Shown in pieces: positions 13,462 through 26,126 of a stretch of DNA of 64,000 nucleotides (positions are counted from its first letter, which is position 1; each line of letters begins with the position of its first letter). The DNA is from Podarcis gaigeae (Eukaryota): assembly GCA_964106915.2 (NCBI GenBank), contig OZ066919.1; one strand, given 5' to 3'. The position numbers and the translations under genes are program-made. Below the pieces are notes generated by a model that did not search any database, was not told the DNA's origin, and saw only the letters and a list, made by a program, of their open reading frames with translations.

Positions 13462-13588
13462 GCTGAAGGATCTACAGTTGGGAAGCAGGGAAAGCTGAAG
13501 GATCTACAGTTGGGAAGGATCTACAGTTGGGAAGGATCTACAGTTGGGAAGCAGGGAAAGCTGAAGGATCTACAGTTGGGAAGCAGGG
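13462..13588. repeat. Compound minisatellite (32-bp unit containing a 17-bp sub-unit GAAGGATCTACAGTTGG)
   Basis: Five identical copies of the 17-mer. Confidence 0.92.
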
Positions 13589-13920
13589 CCACAGGCATAG
13601 TTCACTGAAAGAACTCAGAGTTTGAAGAGTATGGTAGAGAATGCAAAAGGTAGCAGTAGACGGATACTTTAAAATGCCCCTTACCATGACTGTTAAATCC
13701 TGTATCTGCAAGACAACTGCACTCACTCAATCATCAGCATCCATCCTTTGACCCAACCTGAGGATGCTCTGGCTGCTCTCCAGCAAGTAAGTCCCTTACT
13801 CTTTGCCTTACAAAATCTCCACACATGCCAAAACAGCTCCTACAACAGCAGCACCTAAAGTTCAATTGATTCAGGTCCCCTTCTCCACTGATAATGGCAA
13901 ATGGTCAATACCACATACCT

Positions 13921-14302
13921 TGGCGGGTGGCACTGTAGTCTAAACCACTGAGCCTCTTGGGCTTGCCGGTTAGGAGGTCGGCGGTTCAAATCCCTTCGAC
14001 TGAGTGAGCTCCCGTTGCTCTGTCTCAGCTCCTGCCAACCTAACAGGTCGAAAGCACGCCAGTGCAAGTAGATAAAAAGGTACAGCTGTGGCAGGAAGGT
14101 AAACACTGTTTCCATGCGTTCTGGTTTCCTTCATGGTGTTCCATTGTGCCCAAAGTGGTTTAGTCATGCTGGCCACATGACCCGGAAAGTTGTCTGTGGA
14201 CAAACACCGGCTTCTTTGGCCTGAAAGGGAGATGGGTGTTGCAACCCTGTAGTCACATTTGACTGGACTTAACCATCCAAGGGTCCTTTACCTTCACCTA
14301 CC
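13921..14302 (+). mobile_element. Sauria SINE, near full length
   Basis: tRNA-like head (GGTGGCACTGTAGTCTAAACC...GGTTCAAATCC), conserved core (CTCCTGCCAACCTA...TAGTCATGCTGGCCACATGACCCGGAA), (ACCTTT)-like tail; 13-bp TSD ATACCTTGGCGGG. Confidence 0.9.
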
Positions 14303-15991
14303 AATTTCAGATACCTTGGCGGGCGGGCTGGTGTTGTTGAGGCATGTGGTAACACAGCCATGGTTATGTCAGCCCCTAGTATAAGGAGGATGCTGTGGGA
14401 TCCCCCACTATGGACCCCCAATGGCCTTACATTTTGCAGCAGTGCTCTAGAACTAAGCTAAGAGATTCTAGATAAAATATTCACAACAGCTTGCTCAAAA
14501 AGGAGAGGTCCATCAAGTTAAATATGGGTGAAAGGGATGTCATTGGAGCCTGTGGGTCACCTGATTCAACATTAAAAAAAAAATCCCCAGATGAAGCTTC
14601 TTGCAAGACTAAGGTACTGGTACCTGCACTTTCCTTTTACAATAATGGTGCTGGGATTAGGGAACTGGTGCTAGTGGTCCAGGTTATAAAACCCACGGTG
14701 CCTGATACCAGTTCTCCTATACCTATTCTGTTAGTACTGTACCTCATGCACCACCCACTTTCTTTTAATGCACACATACATGCAAAAATAAGCTCTGCTG
14801 AATACAGTAGGACTTACATGTTAAGAACGGAAGAAGAGCCCTGCTGAATCAGACCAAAGGTCCATCCAGTCCAGCGTGCTGCCAATGTGTACACACTTCA
14901 CCATGTGTATGTGGTGACCTATGCATGAGAACTCACAAATGGCATGTTACCTCTGTGTGGAACCCATCTATTCAGTCTCATAAGGTGAACTCCTCCCGGA
15001 GTTTCTTGTGCCATCGTGTTCTAACTCCTGCTGCTGGCAACCTGCCCAGCTGGCAATCTGCCACTGATCCATAATGGGATCCCAAGTGACCATTTGAAAA
15101 TTACTGCTTTGTAGGCTGATGTGGTGCATGGTAACCTGGTAGCTCAATGTGACTTGCTCCTGAAAAGTGTGTATAGGTTTGCAGTCAAAGACTCCCTTCC
15201 TTTCTCTTCCTGAAGTTACACAGCAAGACCTTTTCTGAAACCCACCCCCCTTTCTGCTAATAACACTGTCTTGAAATCAAACCAACATCTTCAAGCGCAT
15301 AGCTGAATCCAGATAATGAATCCAAATCTTCCTTGTAGTACAGGACCCCCTGGTAAGATAGGCATACCTTCCAGAACAAGGCATATTATACCACTTCTGT
15401 TGAGTAAAATTGGCTCGTCTTTGCAAAGAACATTTCAAAATGACAAGCCACCATTTAAAAAATGTTAAAATATCCTATTTTTAAAGCCAAGCATTAATTT
15501 CATGGCCCATGTTCCCTAAATATAGGAGGAATGCTGAGCCAGCCATAAGTAGAGCAGAGAAGGAGGGCTCTGTTCTATCACATAAGGAAATATGCTGGAG
15601 GTGTAAAGTCCAAGGCTTAAATAGCGATTCAAGAGAAGGAGGCTCACATGTGGGTTTCAGGTTGCATTACATACAAGCCTATAATAAAACCCTGTGCTGT
15701 CCAGGGTGTCTGCCAAACATTAAATTTACTGTATGAAGAAGATGCCTAGAACACTAGCTGCATTTGCAAAAAGAGCTTAAGATCTAGGAAAGGGAGTGAT
15801 AGATGTCACTGACTTTCTGTGTCCTATACTAAGTCCTAGAGTAAAGTCAGGGTAGGGTTGCCACATTTCCTGGAAATTAATAACAATCTAAGCCTACTAC
15901 CAAGTTCTGAGACAGTGCAGCAAGTGACCCAGAAATAGCTATATACTGTACTCTCTCTCTACACAGAATGTTTGAGCGCAGAAAGATGTGA

Positions 15992-16099
15992 AAACAAAAT
16001 TAAAAAATTCCTTCCAGTAGCACCTTACTGGAAGGATTTTTTTTATTTTTTTATTTTGTTTTGACTATGGCAGATCAACACGGCTACCTATCTGTAACT
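15992..16099. mobile_element. Penelope-like element remnant with inverted terminal duplication
   Basis: AAAACAAAAT...TCCTTCCAGTA-gcacct-TACTGGAAGGA...ATTTTGTTTT fold-back followed by GACTATGGCAGATCAACACGGCTACC; 12-bp flanking direct repeat AGAAAGATGTGA. Confidence 0.7.
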
Positions 16100-16774
16100 A
16101 GAAAGATGTGAGTTTGAGGCTGTGATTCTTGACATGTGTACCTGAGCGTAAGTCTCATTGAGCTTCAGGATAGAGACATGATAGGATTGCCCTATAAATC
16201 ACACCTCATTATTTTTCAAGTTACGGTTTCCTTGTCTTACAAATAAGAGAGCAGGAATAGCCCAGTGGGGAACAGAACCAGCATATTCTGCTAAATATGC
16301 TGGCAAGCACCTGCTTTAACTTGCTAAATTAAAGCAGCAACAACTTTCATTTCCTTCTTGGGTTGCTGCTGTTCAATTAAGCAAGCAATTGTCATTGTGC
16401 CTCATTGGGGGGGGGGGTGGGAATAAAGAAGTAAGCGTTCAGTCCTCACCATTGAGCAAATTGAAATAATAAAATGGTGGCATTATAATTGATGCTATGG
16501 CTATCCTGTTCTCATTCCACAGTAAATAAAAGTAATGCAGGACTCCTAAGGTTTTGCTGCTATGAATTTAACACAGCTACTGTTCTGCAAACCTTTCTCA
16601 ATTCTCAAATGTACTTTTAAAAATGAAACCTTTTTACACAACCTAACCTCAAACATTTATTTTTCAGGACGATTCCTTAACATTCTGTACTCTAGAATAT
16701 TTACTCAAGTGAAAGAGACTCTCACTGATGTATGTGGATTCACTTTTTCTGACCTTTAAATAATATTTGAGAAT

Positions 16775-16963
16775 CAGGGGCGCCAACTTGAATAAAATAT
16801 TGGAGGGGACAGGTAAGACCCATCCCACTAATCCAACACAAGACACAGCACATGCACACCATTTGAATGGCAATGCTCATCAACTGGGGGGGAAGGGGTA
16901 GCTCCTCATATATTTTATTGGGGGGGGGGGAGAAACCTCGGCCCCTAAGAGTTGGCTCCTATG
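16775..16963. mobile_element. hAT-type MITE family B
   Basis: Imperfect TIRs CAGGGGCGCCAACT / AGTTGGCTCCTATG; perfect 8-bp TSD TTGAGAAT. Confidence 0.85.
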
Positions 16964-18934
16964 TTGAGAATCTATACCAATCTTAATGCCTGTGCACAAT
17001 CTAGATCCTGTGATCTTCAGCATATCATCTAAGGCTCACAAATTCAAATTGTTCAGTTTAAAGGGTTTGTGGTTCACAGCTATCCTAGGAGTGTGGTTGT
17101 GACAGGGATGTAATCACTGTTGTTTCAATCTCACAATTGCCTATTTATTAAGATGTTCTGCAATGAAACGGTTTTACTATGTTACACACAACACTTTCCT
17201 AAGCTGTGAGAAATTTCAGAACATTTACAGGTTTTAGTTTCTTTTGAATGAGAGAACACTCTAGGTGTTACTATATTTTTTATGATATTTTGTTCAGGGC
17301 TGGCATAAGTGGTCAGCTTGAATGGGCACCTGCTGAGGCTCATACATCAGCAGAGAGCCCGCTGCCAGCTCTCTGGCCTTGTTCATTTTCCTCTTTGATG
17401 TCTTCCTCCTCTCCAAGCATGTAAGCAGTGATAAGTGTAAAAGAAAGGAACTGCAGTCTTGCCCTCTCCATCCAGACAGCAGTGTAGACTGGATCCAAAG
17501 GAAGAGAGCAGTGGTGACCATGGCAAGGGAAAAGGTGGATCCACTGAGGGCTGAGTGGCTGAACAAGATTCCAGGAGTCTTGGCCCTCGTTTAACCAGGG
17601 TTGTATTTCCATGGGCAAATCAAGACTTAATTGAGTCTACAGTGTCTTAGAAATATGGTGTATTCACACATACGGTATATACACCTGAGTTTTACAGAGG
17701 GAGAGTTCACAGCATTTACATCCCAAGAGAGGCTTGTCCTTCCCTGCAGTGCAGCACTGGATTCAGAGGCATACTAAGCACCACCCCTGTGTTTTCCTGC
17801 AACAGCCTGCTCCTGCCAACCAATATGTCTATTTCCCTTCAGTCCCCGCATGGAGTTCTGCTCAGTTCCTGCTGCTCAGAAAACCCTGCTCTCCAAACCT
17901 CTGTTGTAAAAGGACACCCACTCTTCCAGTGGTGACATCAAACCTTGTTATCTGGACAACCTCCCTCTGTGCTTGGTAGAGCTTCTGCCTGGTTGATGAC
18001 TTCCATTGAGGAGCTAATGACCGGCCATCAGCACCATGGTTTCAACTCACCATCCCAGGCTGGCCTCATGAGGAAGCTAGCTCTTGTTATTCTCAGTCCT
18101 TGCTAAGTTCAGGAATGTATGAGTTCACTCAAATTCTGATCTTTCACTCAGTGAAGAGATTATGGGGAGCTGGTCCCCACCTCCACCACTGCTGTAAATT
18201 CATAACAATACAAACAGTGAGGGAAATAATGGCCTGGCAGCCCAGCATACAATTTTATTTTTATTTTAACAACTTACACCCCACTATTCTCCATCAAAGA
18301 TGGACCTAAGTGGCTTTCAAAGAAGCAAAATCAGATATAGTCTGTAAACCAGCATCTACTGTAGTCCAGCAGAATCAGTCCACTTGGCGCCTCTCTAAGG
18401 ATCCTTCTTCCATTCAGCCGCATTGCCCAAATCTGTTTTTCTCTCGATAACTATGCTGTATCGCCCCCAAAACGTTTTCTCTCTACCTCACATATACAAA
18501 CCTGAAAACTAGTCTCAACCCCACACTAACTAGTGGGTACACATGGAGTGAGTTCCCTTCCAGATTTCATTTTTTATTTTGCATTCATGATTATTTGTGC
18601 TCGTGCTGCTATCAGGCCAATCATATGCAATCCTGCTTTTAATATAGTTTGCTCTCGCAACAGTTTTGGAGTGATCATTGTGCTTCATTTCCATTCAGTA
18701 CATATCCTGTAACTTCTTGCTGAAATCCCCAAACTTTTTATATCACTAATGTTTTTATTTTTGGCCACACTTTTGTAGCCAAAAGTGTCTGTCTGTAGCC
18801 CCTTCAACATTGAGAAAGCATTGCAGAACAAACTGACTGAGACGAAATCCACCACTAATACACTATTATTATCGTCTTCCAAAGCAGCTACTCTATTCCC
18901 AACTTAAGAATAGAAAGAGAAATACCGGTGGACA

Positions 18935-19263
18935 CTCTCAAGGCAAATATAAAAAAATGTAGTGTAAGCACTGATAACTGGGAAACACTGGCCTACGAGT
19001 GCTCCAATTAGAGAACAGCCTTTACCAAAGGTGTCATGGACTTTGAAGGTGCTCAAACTCAGATCGAAAAGGAGAAACAAGCTAAGAGGAAGGCACGTTT
19101 GGCAAACCCTCACTGTGATCAACTCCCACTCAGAAACCTATGTCCCCACTGTGGAAGGACATGTGGATCCAGAACTGGCCTCCACAGTCACTTATGGACT
19201 CACTGTTAAGACTGTTTTCATGCAAGACAATCTTACTCGGCTATTAGTGATCTCCAGAGAAGA
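18935..19263 (+). mobile_element. RTE-clade LINE 3' fragment
   Basis: Encodes degenerate C-terminus ...NWETLA...LCPHCGRTCGSRTGLHSHLWTHC* (C2H2 finger typical of RTE ORF ends), then short 3' UTR. Confidence 0.8.
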
Positions 19264-22200
19264 TTGTGTCAGGACCATGAGGCCAAATATACCAGCAATA
19301 AAACACCAGTCTGAAGGAGACTTGCTAGAGCCCCGTCTGTCATGAGTTTTTGAAGACACATCTTCCAGGCATCTTCAACTTCTCTGAAAGGAAGGGATAA
19401 AAGTTTACCAAAGAGGGTCACATAACAGCTATTTATTCTTTTTATTCATATATACATTCATTCAATCAATCAACCAATCAATCAATCAATATCCTGCCCT
19501 TCCTCCTGAAGGAGCCAAGGATGGCAGTTGTGACATATAAAATATTATTACTGGCAATAATAATATGGTGTACATATTTGCTTTTTATTCCTAGTTACTG
19601 GTAAAAAGCTTTAGAATTTTTGAAGCAAGTTTAGCTATGTATGTTGCTGATCCTTCAGGTAAACAGGCATTGGTAAATTTTCCAGTGTGTGTAGACGATA
19701 TTGTAATGCAGAAGAACTGTAAACTAGCAACTCTTTCACAGTTAAATATAGTTTTGATTGTTGTATTTCTGGAGGCGAAAGCAGTTCTGCAGCAGAGAAA
19801 AATATTTTTTCACCAGCATCTGCTATGGAGACAGGCAAGACCTAACACAAAACTGCTTCTTCTGATTGAAAATCTGTTGACATTGGCAGGGACCACTTAA
19901 ACACAAGCAACCTTTCCCAGCACGGACATGAAAGTAACTAGAACATGTTGATTTCTGCACAAAGTGAAGTTTGCTAACAGAGTCCCATCCAGAGAAAAAG
20001 TGCCAATCCAAACTGGCCATGCATTCTTGTGTGAATAAAGCTGCTGTTCAGGTGTGGAAAGGTCAGGCATCTCTGTGTCTGGCTGGGCTGAGGAGGATGC
20101 TCATGGTTGCTTATTGTTAATAATCACTGTCATAATAATTTGACTGCATCTTCTCTGATGCTGAAGGAATTGTGGTAGAAGCACCACACCTAGCTGTGAA
20201 TATGGAGTATCCTTCTGGAATCGGGAGAGCAGTGAGAGCCCAAGGAGACAGTTGTGCCTTGATAGTGCCAGAACCAGAGGCTGCCGCTGTAACCTCTCAG
20301 AATGAGCAGCTTAGGACAGAGAGGACAAGATGTGAGTGCATAATTGTTGGCAAGTGCAACAATTGGGAATAAAGCAGGGTGGGCACAATAGGACACAAAT
20401 TTGCATAACATGTGCACAACGCCGATTTATACTGTTGCACACCACTGCCAGTCTCCGAGCGGTGCAAGATTCCAGGGCATTCACCCAGGTCTGTGTTTCC
20501 TTATAAGAATGAGGCACAGCGGAGACTGTGATATATGGTTTATTTACACATATATACAATGTGAGCCTATGATGGAAGGGTTCACAGCATCAACACTCCA
20601 AGAAGGTCTCGCTTCTGCCATAACAACAGCTTTGGATTCAAATGGAAATCATACATCATTCTCTGCCAGCTGCTTGGCTTCTTGGTCATACAACGCCTAA
20701 CTCTCTACTCTTAAGCTTCTAGTTCACTTTGCTTCTACCTCTGTACTCTTAAGCTCTGGCTTTATCTCTTGAGAGAGGGGCCTCATCCTTTGGCTGTCTG
20801 GCACACAGTCCTTTTGCTGCTTTGTTCTCTAAGTGGCCCATCTCCCAGGCTATCACTTCATGGGAAACTAACCTGGCTTAACTAGCTTTTAACAGTTGCT
20901 GAATCCAGGGATTAAAAATGCACACAATTTAGAGCCCCAAGCCTTAATTAAATGCTAACACTAGCTAGATCTGGGGATTATAGTGGTCTGGCACTCCCAA
21001 ACTCATAGCATTATGTGTAGATGGAAGTTTAGAAATGATTGCTCTAATTTAAATAGAAATGCAGTGCAACTCACCATAGTGGGTAAGACTGACTAGGTGG
21101 CTTTTGTGTACCTGTGTCTGCTGTCCAGGTGCTAGGGTAGGAATGGGAATAATATCTGTGATCGTACTAAGCTGCTAGCTGGGCTACTGAGCTGAATTCT
21201 GAAAGTGCTGTAATTCTCAAATCTGCCTCAATCACTTTATCATTGTTCTCTTCCATGGCCCAACTGTATGTATACTGAGCTAGTGTTTTACATGACAGGC
21301 ATCAGTAGCATTAGCACTTGACTGTGGTAAATATGAACCAGTCCAATATGCAAATTACCTGTGCAAATCCTCTGTACTAGGGCATGAAATCAATTGTCCT
21401 CCTGGCACGAAATGGTGGCAGGAGTGGAATGATGATTGATTGTCCCTCTTTATATAAGATTTCTATATTGTCCTCCCTCCAAGGAGCACAGGGCAGCACA
21501 CATGGCACACACACACATTCACCCCAGTTTCATCCTCACAACAACCCTATGAAGTAGGTTAAGTTGGGAGTGGTGACTATCCAAATGTCACTTAGCGAGT
21601 TTCATGAGTAAGGATTTAAAGGTAAGTCTTCCTGACCCAAGTCTTATGCACTTCACACCACACTGACTCAGTCTTGCAATTTCCCTATGGCATGGAGAGC
21701 ACATGGTAGGAAAAACCAAGATAATGAAAATAAGTAGTCAAGAGGAGCAGTCGAAGACTGAAACATCTGTGATAGCAGCATGACCTAGCACATTCACATT
21801 AAACTTTAGTTTATTTTAGCCATGGTTTAATGTGACATGCAATCTAAGTTTCTGTTGGATGCTAATGATGTATCTCAGGGAAATCCATAGTAAGTAGCAC
21901 ATACAGCAAGACAAACCTGAGTGCATTGGTCAGGGAACAGTGTTTTTACCAGGAGTGATCTTGCTAATGTGACTACCCTAAATAGATCCTCTTTAGATCA
22001 GGGAATGTGTGGATTCGAGAGCGCTTGATTGAAACAGTAATATGGTCTCAGCTTGACCACATCTGCTGCTCCTTCAGATATGATAGGGAATGGAGGGGTT
22101 TCAGTGGGAACAAGGCCAAAATGAGAATTATGTATAAAAGCCTGCCGCGTTCATTAGTGGTAACTGTCCTCTATTTTCAAAGTTCCATGAGGAGATTAAG

Positions 22201-25066
22201 AGCAACTTCCTGTTTCATGCATTTATGTACAGCCAGCTATAGAAAGAACTAGATCCCACTAACCATGATATTTTATGATGTCCTTTGCCCGCAACTGTGA
22301 GCAGCCTCTGTTTCTCACTTGCTTTAACAAGATTAAATGTCACGGTTTTCTGAATCTAATAAGTATCCATCAGCAAATGCACCCTGGGTATTCTGAATGC
22401 CAAATAGTGGCTTTATGCAATGCCAGGCTGGATGCCCCATCTTTTCAGAGCGCAATTGGAAAACTAAGGTTTCATTTTTACAGGAGTACAAACCATAGCT
22501 CCTACCAGCACCAGCTTAGTACCTCTGAAAATAAAGTCCAAATGAACTGACCAATCAAATTCTGGCCTGAAGTTGCTGTTTTATTAATAGAATGACATGA
22601 GCTGATACCAGGGAGAAAATAATTAACTCCGTTTGGAGAGAGACCAGATTGGCAGACTGGTTGGCTCCTGCTAAATGGCAAGACTCCTCTGGTAGCTTTA
22701 TTCTCAAATACTATATTTTTGAACTGTCATATACGGTTTTGTAAAATATACCAAGCTATATAAGCTGAGTTGGTGTTCAGAAGCTCAACTTTGGATTTGC
22801 TACACTAGAATGTTAAGTTTATGTTTTTTTAAGCCTCCCAGAAAACCTTTGAGCTGGGAAATACGCATATTTGATTTTTAAATGAACAGATTCATAGCAC
22901 TGTTGTGAATTGGCAGCTTGCTGTGCAGAATCAGAACATCAAAATGCTTGGAAGAAACACATTGACATTTTAGGTGCCATACATTATGCAACATCTCACT
23001 CCCCAAATATTTCCAGAATTTAATTTTACTAGCACAATATAGGCACCACTGTCAATGCTCAGGAGAGCTGCTAGGAAAAAAGATAGCAACCTTAGACACG
23101 CAGATAATGCCAGCCAAATGGTAGTAAGTACAAATTCTGTACACATCAGAAATGTGAAGATCTAGGTGTTAGGACTTTTATTTAAATAGCTTTACCTTCT
23201 CACTAGCATTACTATCCTTTCATTTGTGCTAGGAGAACCATCCTGGGTGTGGGATGGTTTAAAGTTGTGGCTGTGAAAAACTCAGGCACCTCCTGCAAGT
23301 AAAGGAGATCCATTCATGGAAGCAGACTTCAGGCCCACTGTTCCCTCTGCTGTCTCAGGATCTGTGTAAACAGGTTTCTGATGCTGGATAAGGAACCAGA
23401 TGTGCAGTGCTGAACACAGAGAGGATGCAGATGTGCATCCAGATGTGCACTCCAGTATGGTGTGAGTGAAGCACATTCCCATTCATCTTATTAACATATT
23501 TAATGTCACACTGCTCATAGCTTAATCACAACTATAAATGTGTATTAGTTTCCCATCTGTCATGCAGGACCCACATATCTGTCTTCAAGTTATTATGTTT
23601 ATTTTTATTTCTGTTAAAGATTCTCTTCTTCTTCACGCTTCAGGTGCAAAACCGCCCAGAGTGGCTAAGAATAACCTTAAAAGCACAGCTGCAATAAATG
23701 CAAAAAAACTTCAACAGTGACCTTTTTAAAAATATTTTTAAAATCATTAAAAAGTAATAGCATCAGAGATACAATAGCAAAGTAAAACATTGCAGAACGT
23801 ATTACCTAAAATACCAGGGCAAATAAAAGGATTGATGCCAAAATGACACTGGATTCAGGGCCACTTTGAGCCTCCCTTGGGAGATGAAAGGCAAAGGTGA
23901 CCATGATTTTAAAAAACTGCAAAGTCTATAGTTAGGTTAATACCTTTTATTAGGACTAACCCCAAAGGCACAAAAACGTGGCATCCTTTCGAGTTCTCCA
24001 GAAGATGTAACACAAGGTGGTGGGATGAAGAAAACCACCCGCTTTTGTGCAACATCTTCCATGTTGAGGAGTTCAAGGCAACACAAAAGCTTGCCACGGA
24101 AGATACTACCTACAACTGAGAAGCCTCCTAGATGGGGCACCAGTCACTTCTCCAGGGTTGCTGGAAAAACAAGATGGAGTTGAATCCAACAAAGTCATTG
24201 CACAAGTGGAAAGACTGGCTCTTACAACAAAACTTCCCCTCTCTCTCCTCCTCCCATCTGTCCCCACACTTCCCCATATCTGCTCCAGAGGGTTGGGGGA
24301 AACCCAGAACAGATTTGAGGGGTATGAGGGGCATGTAGAGGGAGGAGAAGGAAAAGAATTTCCCTTGCATAAGCTGGAGTAAGGCATGTTGTTTTTCCTG
24401 CAACAGACAAACATGTCTACTCTACTGGAAATTCTGTATTGCAGAGGATTGCATCGAATGTTAGCCATACTCATGAGCAGAACCACTGTAATTAATGGAA
24501 ATGATGAACTTAGGTACAGTAATTTTAGTCGGTCTACTCCAAGTAACCCTTACTTGGATGCAACCCATTTTCCTAGCATTTTGTTCCTGGTGAATATGAA
24601 ATACTTCCTCTAGTTAGGCACGTTTGTTGCTATTATGACTGTAGTCAGTCCTACACCACCAGCCTTCATAAATAACAATAAAGGAAGAAGGGAGTAGGAT
24701 GAATCCACTGGGGATGAGGAATGTACAGATTCATTCTGGTAGAGAGCTGTGCAAGAATATCAAACACCCCCAAGTCCAGCCTTCTTCCATTTGAATCTTA
24801 TTGGTCTGGGGCCCCAGGAACGCAATCCAAGTAAATATTTATATCTGATAAGCAACAAGGAACGCTGGCTGGCACTCTTGGTTTGCATAAAAGTGAACAA
24901 GACAGACAACAGGAAGCCAAGGGTGGGAGCAAGTCACCTACATGGTTTCCTCCCCATCAAACAGTTGTGTCTTTTGAAAACAAAATTTCTTACTGAATTT
25001 TGTTAAGCAAACAGCAGCAGTACAACACGTTTGTTTAAAGGTCTGCTGCTTGGAGTTTAACATGCG

Positions 25067-25097
25067 TTTAGTTTAGTTTAGTTTAGTTTAGTTTAGT
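25067..25097. repeat. (GTTTA)n microsatellite
   Basis: Six pentamer units. Confidence 0.9.
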
Positions 25098-25792
25098 AGA
25101 TATTAGCCACCTTTTTTTCTCTTTATAAGTGCTACAGCTCAACTGAAACAACCAGGCTTTCAAAACTTCATCAAAGTTTGGTGGTCTTTCTGTGCCCGCA
25201 CTGAGGCAGCGATCCTAACCCCACGTTACCTAAAGCACTGATTACCTAAAGCACTGATTCAGCACTGACTGATTTTACTAGAGCTGGAAGGGTCCACAGG
25301 GTCATCTAGTCCAGCCCCCTATGCAGGGCTTACACCTGCACAAATATGGCTAGGATTGCGCTGTCAGTCAAGAAGCCCCACCGGCACGTCCCAACCCTCG
25401 AGACGAGCGAGGCCGCTTAAGAAAGACTTAAGAGCAGGTCCGGATCGCCTTCGCCGCCCGTCCCTTCGAGGGGGAAGGCGGAGCCGCCAGGCAAGAGGCT
25501 CCGCCCACAGCCCGCGGGGGGGGGCCGCTCCAAGCTCCATGTGCGCCCGCCGCCGCGTGACGCGCTCCCTTTCCCCCACCCGCGCCTCCACTTGCGAGTT
25601 TGACAGGACTTTCGACGGGGCTTTTTTCCCCGCAGCTCCGCGGAGGAGGGAGCAGCAGCAGCAGGCGCCTCTGCAGCCCCGGCTCCCCTCGGCTGGACCA
25701 CTCCTCCGTCCGCGCGGCGGAGAAGCAAGGAAGCCGCGCTCTCCGCAGCCACTGCCGTGCAGACGACCACCGACAGCAGCTCGTCGCCGAGA

Positions 25793-25858
25793 ATGTCGGA
25801 GCCCAGAGCCCAGAGGGGGGCGGCGGCGGCGGCGGACAAGGAGTCCCAGAGCCCGGTG
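25793..25858 (+). CDS. SYPL2: SYPL2 coding exon 1 (MSEPRAQRGAAAAADKESQSPV, 66 nt)
   Basis: ATG in CpG island; ADK-x-S motif resembles mammalian N-terminus; donor GTG|GTAGGG (alternative donor 3 nt upstream possible). Confidence 0.8.
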
Positions 25859-26054
25859 GTAGGGCGCCCTTTCTTGGCTACTTTCTCTCCCCGTCGCTCT
25901 TCCGTTCTCTCCCTCCCCCGCATTGTTCTCTCTCCTCTTTCCGACGCCCCTTCCCCTCCTCCTCTTCTTTGGGCTTTCCCTCCTGGCTGACCTGAACTCC
26001 CTGCCCTTGTTTCTCCCTCCTTCCCTCCCCCCCTTTTTTTGCTTCCCTCGCCAG

Positions 26055-26126
26055 GCCCAGCTGCTCTTGGGGCTGCGTTGGGGCCGCTTGGAGGAGCCCC
26101 TGGGATTCATTAAGGTGCTGGAGTGG
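26055..26126 (+). CDS. SYPL2: SYPL2 coding exon 2 (AQLLLGLRWGRLEEPLGFIKVLEW, 72 nt)
   Basis: EPLGFIKVLEW physin motif; polypyrimidine tract + ccag, TGG|GTAAGT donor. Confidence 0.94.

Noticed and set aside
13462-13588. CRISPR-like array
   Set aside because: Units are contiguous with no unique spacers, there are no cas genes and the context is eukaryotic; it is a minisatellite
19031-19345. 104-aa ORF as a host zinc-finger gene
   Set aside because: It overlaps an RTE LINE 3' fragment; the CxxC...HxxxH motif is in another frame and belongs to the retroelement
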